64,000 nucleotides of DNA from Azolla caroliniana (taxonomy: Eukaryota; Plantae; Polypodiophyta), in the NCBI GenBank assembly GCA_043228905.1, contig JBHGNT010000008.1, positions 2,542,001 to 2,606,000 of the forward strand, written 5' to 3'. Positions 26,171 through 38,414 of the stretch are shown here, in pieces. Both the position numbers and the translations under genes were made by a program. Position 1 is the stretch's first letter; every line of letters begins with the position of its first letter. The notes beneath the pieces were generated by a model that did not search any database, was not told where the DNA came from, and saw only the letters and a program-made list of their open reading frames with translations.

Positions 26171-26981
26171 TTATATTTATATATGTATATGTATACCCTT
26201 TTTCTTTTGTATGTTATTTTGGTGTGCGTGTGTGAACATATGTATATAAAAAAAGGAGGAAACATAGTGGGACCTGATTTTTTGAGAACAGCAAAGAGAA
26301 AAACAGAAAATAGAGAAGAAAACAGAAAACCAAAGAGTGAGAACAAGAGGAAGAGCGTTCTACCGAAGTGGAGATAGAGACCTATGAGGGGTTGGTCATG
26401 CTGTCAGAGAACCACGATTGTATAACACCTCTCCTACCTACTCGCATCAGGTTCCTTCGTTTCGTGTTGTTTTCTTGTTTCCTATTTTGCTAGTTTTTCT
26501 ATCCACCTAGATGGGTGAAGAATTGTAAGGTTATTTTCTTGTTGGTTTATCCACCCAATCAGGTGAGGATCGTAGCCAAGGTTGTTGCCTTGAGGCTAAT
26601 ATATTTCCTCTAGTCAAAAACCTAGAGAGACTACACTCAGTTGTGCTTATTGTTGTTGTATCCACCCAATCGGGTGAAGATTGTAGCCAACGTTGTTGCC
26701 TTGAGGCTAGCACATTTATTGTGCTTATTGTTGTTGTATCCACCCGATTAGATGAAGATTGTCGCCGAGGTTGTTGCCTTGAGGCTAGTACATTCTGTCT
26801 AGTCAAAACCTAGAGAGTATGTACTCAATTGTATTCACTATTGTGTAGCCAAGGTTGTTGCCTTCAGGTTTGCACCTTCCTCTAGTCAAAATCTAGAAAG
26901 GTTGTACTCAGTTGTAATCTTTGTTGTTTTATCCACCCAATCGGGTGAAGATTGTAGCCAAGGTTGGTACCTTGAGGATAG

Positions 26982-27219
26982 TGTTGGTAATATGTCCCTC
27001 CAGTGGGAGGAACCGACTGTTCGGAAGTAGCCGACAACCGATAGTCGACAGTCAAAGAGTCGACACAGAGAGTCGATTGTTTGAACAGATTATTATTATT
27101 ATTATTATAGTAATCATAATAATCAATGATATGTAGCAGTGGCTACAATTGTAAATAGCCCATACGATGTATCGGTAGATATACATTTAGGGCAAATAGA
27201 TGTGAATAGAGAGCTGTGC

Positions 27220-27284
<65 letters not shown>

Positions 27285-27523
27285 AGAGAGAGAACGACGC
27301 CATAGCTATGTGCGTAATAGTAGACGCTAAGAACCCTGTGTGGTTGATACACTCATAATCAAAGTGTTGTAATCTCTGTCCTTGACATCCACTATATAGT
27401 GAAGTGTTTCCTCTCCCATGGTTTTCTCCCGTTTTAGGGTTTCCACGTAAATATTTGTGTATTGTGTCGTTGTGTATTTTCAGTATCATTTGATCTTGTG
27501 GTTTTACGAATCTATTCTCAACA
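26982..27523 (+). repeat. Copia 5' LTR
   Basis: TGTTGG...TCAACA; matches 46151-46668 with multiple substitutions, a longer (AG)n and a 13-bp indel. Confidence 0.95.
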
Positions 27524-27526
27524 ATA

Positions 27527-27538
27527 TGGTATCAGAGC
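27527..27538 (+). promoter_or_regulatory. Copia primer-binding site (initiator tRNA-Met)
   Basis: TGGTATCAGAGC, 3 nt after the LTR. Confidence 0.93.
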
Positions 27539-27551
27539 TTGAGGTGCAAGC

Positions 27552-29937
27552 ATGGAAGGAGGTGTGAGCGGCTTCCCAGGCATGACAGTTCTAAACTCAC
27601 AGAACTATGCAGACTGGAAGATAAAGATGGAGGACCTTCTCATAGTCAAGGACTTGTACGAGCCAGTCGACAGAGCAGATATACCAAGGGGGGTATTGGA
27701 GTCGGATTGGAAACTTCTTAACAGAAAGGTGGTGGCCACCATCTGACAATGCGTCGACGTAAGTGTCTTGCAACATGTGGCGAACGACACAAATGCACAC
27801 GAGATGTGGCAAAAGTTGTCGGGTCTATATGAGAGGAAGAACGCGCTCAATAGAACCTCACTGATGAGAAAGATCGTACGGCTGAAATACAGGGACGGTG
27901 AGAGCATTGTCGAACACATCAACACATTCATGGGGTATGTAAATCAACTTGTTGCAACCAAGTTTCCCCTGGATGATGCGATGGAGGCCATCCTACTAAT
28001 GTGCACACTGCCGGATAGCTGGGAGAACTTGGTGGTCACTCTCAGCACCTCTTGTCAAGAAGAGAACTTGTCTTTACAAACCGTAAATACAAGCATCCTA
28101 AATGAGGAGGCAAGGAGGAAGGACAAAGGAGTCCTGTCCTAGTTGGAGTCGAATGTTACACAACATTCGGACAGAGGAAGGAATCAGTAAAGAAGTCCAC
28201 CAAGGAGAGAAAAGTCCCAAGCCAGATCGAAGTCCAGAGGTAAGCTAGTATGCTTTTATTGTGGTAAGCCTAGACACTTCTAGAAGGACTGCCGACACAT
28301 GAGAAAAGACAAGGGTGTCGGAAACAATGTCGAACCCAAGAAGATTCCTGATGAGAAGAACACTTCTGCCATTGCTACGAGCAATGAAGAACTATTGTTC
28401 ATATGTGAACAGACAAGCACAAATCTTGCAAGTGAAGAATGCGCTTGGGTGATCGATTACGGGGCATCGTTCCACATAACTCTGTCGAGAGAGTATTTCT
28501 TGACTTACATAGTCAGAGCTCACGATTATGTGAAAATGGGTGATAGTGGAGAGTGCAAGATAGCCAGAGTTGGAAGTGTCTGCTTGACGACGTCGATAGG
28601 GTGTCGACTGACTCTGAAGGATGTTCAACACGTCCCCGATATTAGATTGAATCTGATATCAACTGGAAGGTTAGATGACGAAGGCTATAGTGGTAGCTTT
28701 TGGAATGGTAAGTGGAAGTTTTGCCGAGGAAATCTTATAGTGGCCTGAGCACAAAAAGAAGACACATTATATATGATGCATGCCCGATTGTGCAAATCAG
28801 ATGTAAATGTGGCAGCCGACTCAGCAGGAGAGAGATGGCATAAGAGGCTAGGCCACATGAATGAGAAAGGAATGCACCTGCTAGCCGACCAAAAGCTTCT
28901 ACCAGAAGTCAAGGGAGTGCACCTGGAGAAGTGCATCGACTGCTTGGTCAGAAAGTAGAACAGATCAACATTCCACACAAGACCACCAAGAAGAAGAGAA
29001 GTTGCATTGGAACTAGTACACACGGATGTGTGTTATGTAGATGCTCCATCGCATCAAGGTGGACAATACTTTGTGATGTTCATCGACGACTATAGTCGGA
29101 AGACATGGGTCGTCGTACTGAAGTCGAAGGATCAAATACTGTCGGTTTTCAAGGATTTCCAGGCTAGAGCTGAATGAGAGTCGGGTCGGAAGTTGAAGGT
29201 TGTTCGAACCGACAACGATGGTGAGTATAGAGGGCAATTTGAGGAATACTGCATGTGCCAAGGTATTTAGATCGAATACACAGTGCCAAAGACCCCAGAG
29301 TTGAATGGGCTTGTAGAGAGGATGAATCGAACAATCATGGAGACGGTAAGGAGCATGCTCTCTCATGCAAAACTGTTGAAATCCTATTGGGCTGAGGCGA
29401 TGTACACAATTGTTTATATGATCAACAAGTCTCCCTTAGTACCATTAAAGGGTGATGTCCTACAGAGAGTGTGGACAGGGAAGGATGTCTCCTACCAACA
29501 CTTGAGGGTGTTCGGATGTTTGGGGTATATGCATGTACCGAAGGATCAGAGGTCAAAGCTCGACAGTAAGTCGAAGGCATGCATATTCATGGGATACTTG
29601 GAAGAAGAGTTCGGTTATAGGCTATGGGATTTGGTCGACAAGAAGGTAGTGAGAAGTCGGGACGTAGTCTTTCTTGAAGATAAGACGATTGAAGACTGGA
29701 AGCAACAGAAGCGGATACGACTCCCCAGTCAACCCCGACTATCGTCGATCTAAGGTTAAGTGAACCAACAACGTCGGCTGTTCGGAGACGGCCAATCGAC
29801 ACAGCCGAATCCGAGTCGGTTGACTCAGAGAGACCGACCGACTGTGAGTCATAGTCGGTAGAGTTGCTAAGGTCAATTGAAGAGTATGAGTTGGAGTCGT
29901 CCAATCTGGAGATGCCGATTGACGTGCAGGAACCCGA
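27552..29937 (+). pseudogene. Copia gag-protease-integrase, with stops
   Basis: NYADWKIKMEDLL, zinc knuckle CFYCGK.RHF.KDC, WVIDYGASFH, WHKRLGHM, TPELNGLVERMNRT, FGCLGY; several in-frame stops. Confidence 0.92.
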
Positions 29938-31081
29938 AACACATTCGCGTTCACAAGTGGAAGGATTGTGCATTCCATTTGTAGAATCTTCTTGAAACTA
30001 TTCAAATATACCCTCTCAACAAAAATTGGATACACTAGTATCACATGTTCCACAACTTGATTAGAATTTGCAAATATAAAAATACATGATAGGTCTACGA
30101 GTGGAGATCATTAGAAATCATGCAAGTTTGGACGTGTTGATAAGTTAATGTAGGCATAATAAAGTTCAACAATGGCTCAATATGTCACTAATGTGCGGCA
30201 TGGGAAACACTAAGTTAAAGACTTATATTAATTTGGTAAGTTTTTTTTTTTCAAAGTAAAGCTACTTTCCCATTAGTTAGGAAGGGAATTTGGTAAGTTT
30301 TACAAAAATATGAGGTGTACTTGTATCCATACTAATAAAATGAGTTATAATTTATACTTTGACCCATACGTGCATGTATATAATAGTGGACAATGTAGGA
30401 TAGTGCACCTTAGGATAATGTGATTGGAATAACTAACTTATTAAAGTATTCAATACTTGTATTTAAAGTTGATCTAATCTATTCCTCAGTTTGTTCGTAT
30501 GAGATCAAACCATATGTATATAATTATGGACAATGTAAGACAGTGAACTTTAGGATAATGTGGTGGAAATAACAAACCTATTAAGGCTTTCATACTTGTA
30601 TTTAAAATTGATCTACTCTATTGCTTAGGTGATTCACACAGGATCAAACTCCGAACGATAACACTAGTGGAACTACAAGCGTATAAAAACATGCGGATAA
30701 CGCTACTGGAACCATTATCAACACACTACACAATCTAAGCAGCAATGGAATAGAAACATAATAGTTTTAACAATAGAAGACAAAGATCCATAATAACAAC
30801 ATGGACAGTCATGGCAACAATTCTACGACCATGTTATGTTAAGGTAAACTTGGACCAAAATCAGCCTCAATTTAAACTAATTCATGTTTCTCTAGAAATT
30901 TGGTAGTCAACTATGCACGCGGTGAAACCAATGTCATAAGTCTACTAACGAAGTATATAAAAATAGAATTGAAACATATAGAAGATTATAAAGAATAGAA
31001 TCCACCAAGTAAAACCCAAAATTTGTATTAATAATGTGAAATCCAAACATATCGTCAATGTCATTCTCTTCATAGAGTCTA

Positions 31082-34000
31082 TTACATAGCAATCAATTCA
31101 TCAATGTCATTTTCTTCATCATCCTGTGTAGAAGTCTCTTCGGCTATACGTGCATTGGCTTCCCCTGTTAGCTGAGCCAACGAAATATCTTCTATAAGCT
31201 CATCAGCAAGCTCTATTAGCTCCCCCGGTTCCCCGGCTAATGGAGGAATAGGCTCTCGTGAAGCATGTTGAAACCTTTTTGTATCAGCGAGGTTCTTTGC
31301 ACCAACCTCCTCGTCTCGGTTTGGGCACTCCCACAAAGCCTTAATCCTCATGTTTATAAATATAACTTGCTCCTCGTCCTTCTCCAATGCAACTGTGTTT
31401 CTAAAGAGCTTCAATGCACATGCAGACGTCGTTCCTGTGAAGAAAGTAAGAAGAAGAATTAGTTCTCAAACAAAAAAGATTCGGTATTGGTTATCTCAAG
31501 ATCGTTACCCTAGTTCGAGGAATACCTGTGCCAGAAAAGAGATCTAATATCCAGTCTCCTTCGATAGAAAACATCTCGATCAAGCGCATCATAAGTCGTT
31601 GAGGTTTTTGGTATGGGTTGACAAGTCCCCGTTCTATCGTGGTGACATGTCGCAATTTCCGTGTCACTGTTGGATATACCAATAGATTTGAACCTCCCAC
31701 TTCATTAGAATGCTCCTTGATTCTTTGTTTCTTAATTTCATCGAAGTAGCCAACTGTGATGTATTCAATGGCATTAACGAACTGAAAGGTTGGCCCTCTA
31801 TTTACATTGGTTTTTATCCTATAAAAAATAATACATTGAGTTAAGAATAGATTGAACAATCTTAAGAAATGCAATATAGTGAATGAGACCTATAAATAAT
31901 CCTTACCATGTAAGGTTCTCGATGCCATGGCAACGAGAACTCAAAGCTTGAGCTACCGAGTACCCTTGGTCCATACTATGAAAGACAACTATTCTCCACA
32001 AGGATGCAGTTGTTAGCTCAGCAAAATCCTTGACCATCTTCTCCAACTGTTTAAAACTAAACGGTTCATCGTTGTATGATGACCCAACCATTCAAAATCC
32101 GTAAGGAATATCTGCAATCATTAGCGTATATTCCTTCTTTGGAACCTTTTGGATCATGTCAACGACATCGCCGCAAACCACATTGTAGTAATGATCTCTC
32201 GTAATATCTTTTTTGTGGCTAAATTTTTTAAAGGAGCCATCTTCCTCCATTTCGTATGCCTTGACTAAGCGACGATCCTTTTCTTTTCTGGCTCTCTCAA
32301 GATGTGCAAGGAAGGATGTCGGGAAATCGTTTATATCCTTAACTTCTCCTTGTTTCTTGCCACGACATGGTTTCTAATAGAAGCAATAGGACATCAAGTT
32401 TTATTATACAAGCTCTACATATGATGAAAGCGTAATGAAAAACCACCAATACTAACCCAATCCTTGAATGCAATAAAATACTCCGATAACGCCTTATATG
32501 AAGACGTTAGAGGATAATCCTCGGTCACTTGTTCCCAAGTTATACATCCAAGTTGTTTCATCAAAACTTCTTGGATCTTCATGTACACCTTATGATTGTG
32601 AAATTAGAAAATGAGATTAGAACTTTGAATTGCACCATATAGACTTCAATATCAGTATTTGAAAGACTTACTTATTGAACTTAGTGACCATTTTTTCAAG
32701 GCTTCAATCTTTGGCCACAACCCTTGACAAAACAGACACAAGAAGCTGCTCATCCTTAATACCTTGCATCACTCTCCACAGAGACAACTTCATGTCGTCA
32801 ACCGCTTCTTCAATTGTCAAGTCAATTTTCTTGGCCGCTTGTGATTGAGGGTCAACCTTACATTTTTTTTGTCGTTGACCCTTGACCTCCTTATTCTCCC
32901 ACATTGAGAAGATTTGATCTTGTAGGTTCCATACTTCTCCATCTCTAAAGGCCAGTTGAAACCAAGACTCATACTTTCGAAGACCATCGGACTTAACATT
33001 ATCATCTACCACAATGCCAACTTCATGCAAGCATTGACGTCGTAGGCCTGGATGTGGCTTCACACCAAACTTTTGTTTGACGTCCAAATACTCATGATGG
33101 AAGAACCTTATACGCTCAATCAACGACATTTTTTGCCTATAGTCATTATCATTATTGTGGTCCCATGCCAACAGCTTCGCCTCTTCAGTTGTGAGACCCA
33201 TGTAAATTTTGCACTCGGCATACTTGAAGAAGAAAGTTGTTGGATGTTCTCTCACAAGTTGCCGACGTGCCTCCGCTGAATGCGATCCACCAATGACAAA
33301 GTAATTATATTGATCATGCTTTCTTATATCAAAATCTTCAATGGTTTCACATTCTTCAGGATCCACCAGAACAGTAAAAGGCACCACATTGGCATGAGGA
33401 TTAATTGTCATTTTTATCTTGAGATTTTGAACATGCATGCGGTGTGGCTCTCTAATCTCCAGTGGTCTTCGTCCTGTTTTTTCATCAATAGGGGGCCGAT
33501 GGATGTGTCTTATAGGAAAATTAAACACTTGTCCTTTCCTTACCAATTTACGTTGCATTAACTCTCTCCGTATCTTATTCTGCTCGGATGACAACACACC
33601 CGATGCCAGCTTAGCTCCTGGCATCCCCTTAGTGTCCTCATCTTCATTTTCACTTGATGAGTCGGAGTCCGACATTTTGGTGGTCTTCTTTTTTGGTGGT
33701 CTTGATTGTACTTTAGATGCCCTTTTTGTGGCCTTCACTAGGGAGGGCAATGGCTCCCTTAGAGTTACATGGCCTTGTATATAAGGCCTCAAAGTAACAA
33801 TAAGGTTTTGTGAGCTTTCAAGATCTTTTTTGAAAGCTTCTGGCCCACAAGATTCCTTTGCTAGAAGATCTTCAGAAAGGAACACTTTACGTACGCCCTT
33901 AGAGCACTCTATCATTACAAGTATGTTGGCTGAATCTGCATCTTCGTAGTCAAATTGTAGAATATGGTCATACATAAATGGGGTTTCATTTTCAAGCTGC

Positions 34001-35372
34001 CCCTCGCCCTTCTTCTTGGCTGTATACAATACGACTTTTTTCTTGGTGTCGACGTATTGCATACACCATTCCTTGTTCATTAGATCACGGTCAAGAAGGT
34101 CTTCACCTCCAGTAGTTGTTACTAGTTTCTTTTGGCTAACCTCAATGTGTGATTGAGATTTTGTCTCCTCGTTGAAGAGAAGCTTTTTTCCTCTCTTCAT
34201 GGTCTTGGGAGCTATTAGGGTCTGTGTTTCAATTGGAGAACCCTGTATGCGGAGCTTTATCTTCTTCACAGGTTGGTCCGACAAGTTCTCAAACGACCTA
34301 TTTAAGAAAGGACATAAGTTAGGTAGTCACGTAGATTAAGATTGTATATTAAAAGTCAAATAATTAGATGAAGAAATAAACTAGCAGGCGATTTGCGGTA
34401 AACTATAAAAACCAATCATGCATTGATTGTACATGGTAGTCCTATATTCAGAAATCTATTCTAGTAAGGGCTATTCAACTTAGAAAATATATATCTTAAT
34501 AAGTATACAAGGATATATATTGTCTTGAAGGGCACATATGGCTTATATTGATTCCATATCCATATTGTAGAGAATTTGCATATGATAGACTTGAATTTGG
34601 TATCCTAAAGGTAATTTGTGGGTTATTTTGTACTAATTTAAGCTATACTAGGTCATAAAACCTTTATAATTAAGGCCCCTATTTTTTACAAAATAAGGCA
34701 AATCACCCTAAAAAAAGACTGATTTTGACAGAAAAGTTTGATATCTTTTCACACAATACTAAGTTGTTGCCCCAAAGACACAATATTCCTCTTTCAAGTT
34801 CTTGTTTTATACAGGGACTCGATACGTCGTATCGAGTTCATGTATAAAACACAAACATAATCCAGGAGCTTGATACGTTGTATCGAGTTCCTTTGTAAAA
34901 GAGGTACATAACACAGGAACTCGATACGTTGTATCGAGTTCCTGTATAAAACACACATATTATACAGGAACTCGATACGGTGTATCGAGTTCCTGTATAA
35001 AACACAAATATTATACATGAACTCGATACGGCGTATCGAGTTCCTGTTTAAAACGCAAACATAATACAGGAACTCGATACGACGTATTTTAAAACACAAA
35101 CAAAATAGAGGAACTTGATACGACGTATCGAGTTCCTGTTTAAAACAAAAACTTTAAAGAGGAACTCGATACGTCGTATCGAGTTCCTGTATAAAACCTA
35201 AACATCACACAAGAACTCGATACGTCGTATCGAGTTCATGTATATTGTTTGTGTTTTATACAGGAACTCGTTACGGCGTATCGAGTTCTTGATGCTAAAA
35301 CATATTTACAAAAATGTCCACAGTGTTAGAGGCTTACCTGGAGTCCTTGCACTCGATTTTCTTTGAAGACAT
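31082..35372 (-). pseudogene. ParB/Srx-like domain fused to beta-class N6-adenine/N4-cytosine DNA methyltransferase; exons 35372-35338, 34297-32672, 32595-32457, 32373-31907, 31818-31526, 31434-31082 (971 codons)
   Basis: ParB-like YFVIGGSHSAEARRQL...AWDHN; MTase motifs in beta order: VVCGDVVDMIQKVP..YTLMIADIPY (motif IV, 32101-32112), WIKTN, NPYQKPQRLMMRLIEMFSIEGDWILDLFSGTGTTSACALKLFRNTVALE (motif I). All intron phases are compatible. Lesions: TGA at 32704-32706 and 32092-32094, and an AG->AA acceptor at 32596. Confidence 0.88.
34812..35291. repeat. Array of ten 31-bp palindromes at 51-bp period inside intron 1 of the ParB-MTase gene
   Basis: Consensus CAGGAACTCGATACG-N-CGTATCGAGTTCCTG; starts 34812, 34863, 34914, 34965, 35016, 35067 (truncated), 35108, 35159, 35210, 35261; ~20-bp A-tract spacers. 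Confidence 0.95.
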
Positions 35373-35470
35373 GGTTGATATTTGTTGATTTTTAGGCGGA
35401 GATCTCGCTATCGTGCTTCGTGCTCTGTGTGCTCTTGTGTTTCGTGTGAGTGAAATATGATGAGGTCTTC

Positions 35471-36120
35471 CTATTTATAGGGATTGACCATAGTGGTTAA
35501 AGTAACCACAATCAGCTTAACCAGGGTTGGCAAGCATGAGGTTACTTAGTTAGTAACCACAGTCACATTAACCTAAGTAACTTGTGATTGCATTAATGAT
35601 TACAAAGTCAAACTAACATATTGATGAATATTTTATAGTCAAAATAACTTACAATGACTTTGAAGGTCATGAAGGAAACAATGATAGAGGTTCATGAATG
35701 AACCAATGATTGATTACTCAAAGCAACATTTTTATGACTCTTAATTGCTTTGTATTGAAGATGTGGGCATGAATGAACCAATGATTGAAAAGTCTTATAT
35801 TTAAAATGGTGGGCATTAATGAACCAATGACTGAGAAGTTTTATATTAAATATGGGCGCCATTAATTAACCAATGATTTTAACTTTAATCCAACATATAT
35901 ATGGCTTGGTAATGATTGTAATTATATTATACTTGATTAACCTTCATATAGACTAGTTTATGTAATTATTAATATGTTAAATACAATAACTATATTAAAA
36001 ATAATATTTTTTACGCATTGTATTAATATAATATTAAATAATATAGACATTGTATTGAGGGAGCTTCTGTTTAGAGAGGAGTTTATGTTTAGAGAGGAGT
36101 ATATGTTTAGAGAGGAGCTT
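35471..36120. promoter_or_regulatory. Putative bidirectional promoter of the TIR element
   Basis: Minus-strand CTATAAATAG at 35471-35480, ~100 bp upstream of the MTase ATG; four AT(G/T)AAT(G/T)AACCAATGA CCAAT repeats (~35694-35876); three TGTTTAGAGAGGAG repeats (36068-36117) before the plus-strand ORF. Confidence 0.5.
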
Positions 36121-36180
36121 ATTAGTTTTTTGCCTTAGCCTAAGCACATAACTTAAAGAGCTCTGTCTAGACCTTAAGCC

Positions 36181-38119
36181 ATGAGTGAAGATTCACCGTT
36201 CTCGATTGAAGAATATTGTTTGTCGATAGACTCACCATTTTCTATTGAAGAATATTGTCTGTCGACAGACTCACCATATTCTATCGAAGAGTATTGTCTG
36301 AGCTCATCTTCACCTACAACGAATGTGAATAATGACACATGTGAAGAGTTCTCTATTGAAGAATACGACATTAATAAAGATACGGAGAATGAAGGTAGTG
36401 CCAATGAAACATCGAATATCATGGGCGATGGTCACAACAAAGAATTGGATAGTAACAAGGTTACACCAACTTCTATGCAGGAAGAGAAATCTGTAAGCCC
36501 TATGCATATTAGAAGAATCCCACGAAGAATTCGTCTATCTAGATTTAACTTGGTGACATCAGATAAACAGATTGGATTTGATGTCAAAAAAATATGATGT
36601 GCTCGTGGTTGTATGTCTATGATTGGAAAATCAAAGTTGCGAGAATTAAGGCGATACTATTTTTCGATGACTAGTGATGAGCAAGACACTTACCTCGGGT
36701 CACATATGCAACTAGTGTCTGACAAATGTACGGGGATCAAAGTATCATCCGAGTATTATATCTTCCATGCGCAACAGATCTGTAAAGTTGCATTCAAAAT
36801 TGCATTATGTGTTAGTAACATGCAGCTACATAGAGTACAACAACGTCTACTTAGCGGGGATCAGATGCTCAATTGTAAAGAGGTTCCAAGTATGAAAAGT
36901 GCAATTGGAAGACATGGTATTGGTTGGATGAAAACTTACTTTCAGTTAAATTGTGAAGTAATTCCCACTACATGTAGGATGCACCTTTTTGATAATTACA
37001 CACGTCGGGAAGTTTATGATGTCTATCGATCTGATATGGTGGGCTCACATAATAAGTCTGTCACATATAGCCAATTCACAAGATTATGGAGAGCTCGGTT
37101 TTCAAATGTTATCATTCCACATAAAGTACACATGGGGTATTGCTCCATTTGTGCAAATCTTTGGTTTAGGGTCAACCTTTGGTTGCTAGTTATTACTTTG
37201 TATGCCGAGTACAATTGTCCATGGAGCTAAGCAAATGCCAATTGAGAAGAAAGGACAGTTGCAGAGTGACTTGGTATCGGAACAAAAATGGTTATGGCTC
37301 CAAGCCTTAGAAGAAAAAAGAAAGCATGTTGAGGCCGCCAAGAAATATGCCGCACAACAAGACACGTCATGGTGGGATGTATTTTATAGTGATCAGAAAG
37401 GAATTATAGACAATTGTGTATTTGGTGATAATTGGAATATGGAAACGCCATTCACATGGTCGCTGCAACACGATCGTGTAAATAGTACTCTGGAGCAACT
37501 AGCAAATGCGATTAATGATAGTTTGGTCCATCCACAACAAAGAGACATTTATGTGGGACCAAGGATGACCAAAGCAGCCGAAGCTAGATGGCAAGGCAAT
37601 TTGCAAGAGCTCACGGCGAGGATGTTGATTGCAACGCCGACTGATGAGAATTCACATGGCCACCAATTTTGGGTTGGTAAAATTCTAGAAGTGTTAATGC
37701 ATGAAATAGAAAACGTTATCAAGTCTATAAACGTTCATTGGTACAACACTAGAAGTGCAAATGATTTTACAGGTAAGTATACATTGGAGATGATTGAATG
37801 CCCAACAAGAAGGGGAGGTAGGAAGAGGAAGCGAAACATTCGTAACACCTCTACCCTTGATATCTCTTATGTGGATATCATCGTGTACGACTTCACACTT
37901 ACAAAAGCCGGACGATTAAGGAAGTCAACAATAGATATAATAAAAGAAAAATTACCAGGTCTACAAGGTGGCTCAAGTCAAAGGCAAACGAGATCTGCTA
38001 CATATAATCTAGAGTCAAACCATTTGGTTTATGACGAAGATAATGCACTAATTGGTACATCCGAGGATGACGAGGAGGAATCGTCATTGTATATTAGTTA
38101 TAGTAGTGATTCTCCGTAA
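36181..38119 (+). pseudogene. Transposase-like gene of the TIR element, internally deleted
   Basis: N-terminal C..GC...LR..YF....EQD.YL / QIC..AF..AL.VS / W...YF..NCE..P....HL....R.EVY..Y / FTRLW...F.NV.IP....G.CSICANL; in-frame TGA at 36595-36597; frame switch near 37160 where a catalytic core would be expected; C-terminal FWVGKI...VHWY...F.LT..GRL domain. Family call is by recollection of pattern. Confidence 0.62.
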
Positions 38120-38414
38120 AGGAATGATCATGAATGTATTTTTGGCTATTAAGTGTAAATACATTCCGCTTGTAACAAATCGAGTAATATTAAAGCATGT
38201 GTTTTGAATTCTTATGATTTCTAAAAAATGCACTGATTGGTACATCCGAGGATGACGAGGAGGAATCGTCATTGTATATTAGTTATAGTAGTGATTCTCC
38301 GTAAAGGAATGATCATGAATGTATTTTTGGCTATTAAGTGTAAATACATTCCGCTTGTAACAAATCGAGTAATATTAAAGCATGTGTTTTGAATTCTTAT
38401 GATTTCTAAAAAAT
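38042..38414. repeat. 185-bp direct tandem duplication of the end and 3' UTR of the transposase-like ORF
   Basis: TGCACT(A/G)ATTGGTACATCCGAGG... at 38044 and 38229, nearly identical. Confidence 0.93.

Noticed and set aside
29938-29966. CACTA/EnSpm assignment for the TIR element
   Set aside because: Termini are AACAC rather than CACTA/CACTG, the TSD is 4 bp, and no TnpD motifs were recognised.
30370-30625. Second regulatory array in the TIR element
   Set aside because: Only two diverged ~140-bp direct copies with no palindromic core; treated as an ordinary local duplication.
34812-35291. CRISPR array (palindromic repeats with variable spacers)
   Set aside because: Spacers are only ~20 bp and clearly homologous to each other (TATAAAACACAAACATAAT-like), there are no cas genes, and the context is a eukaryotic intron.
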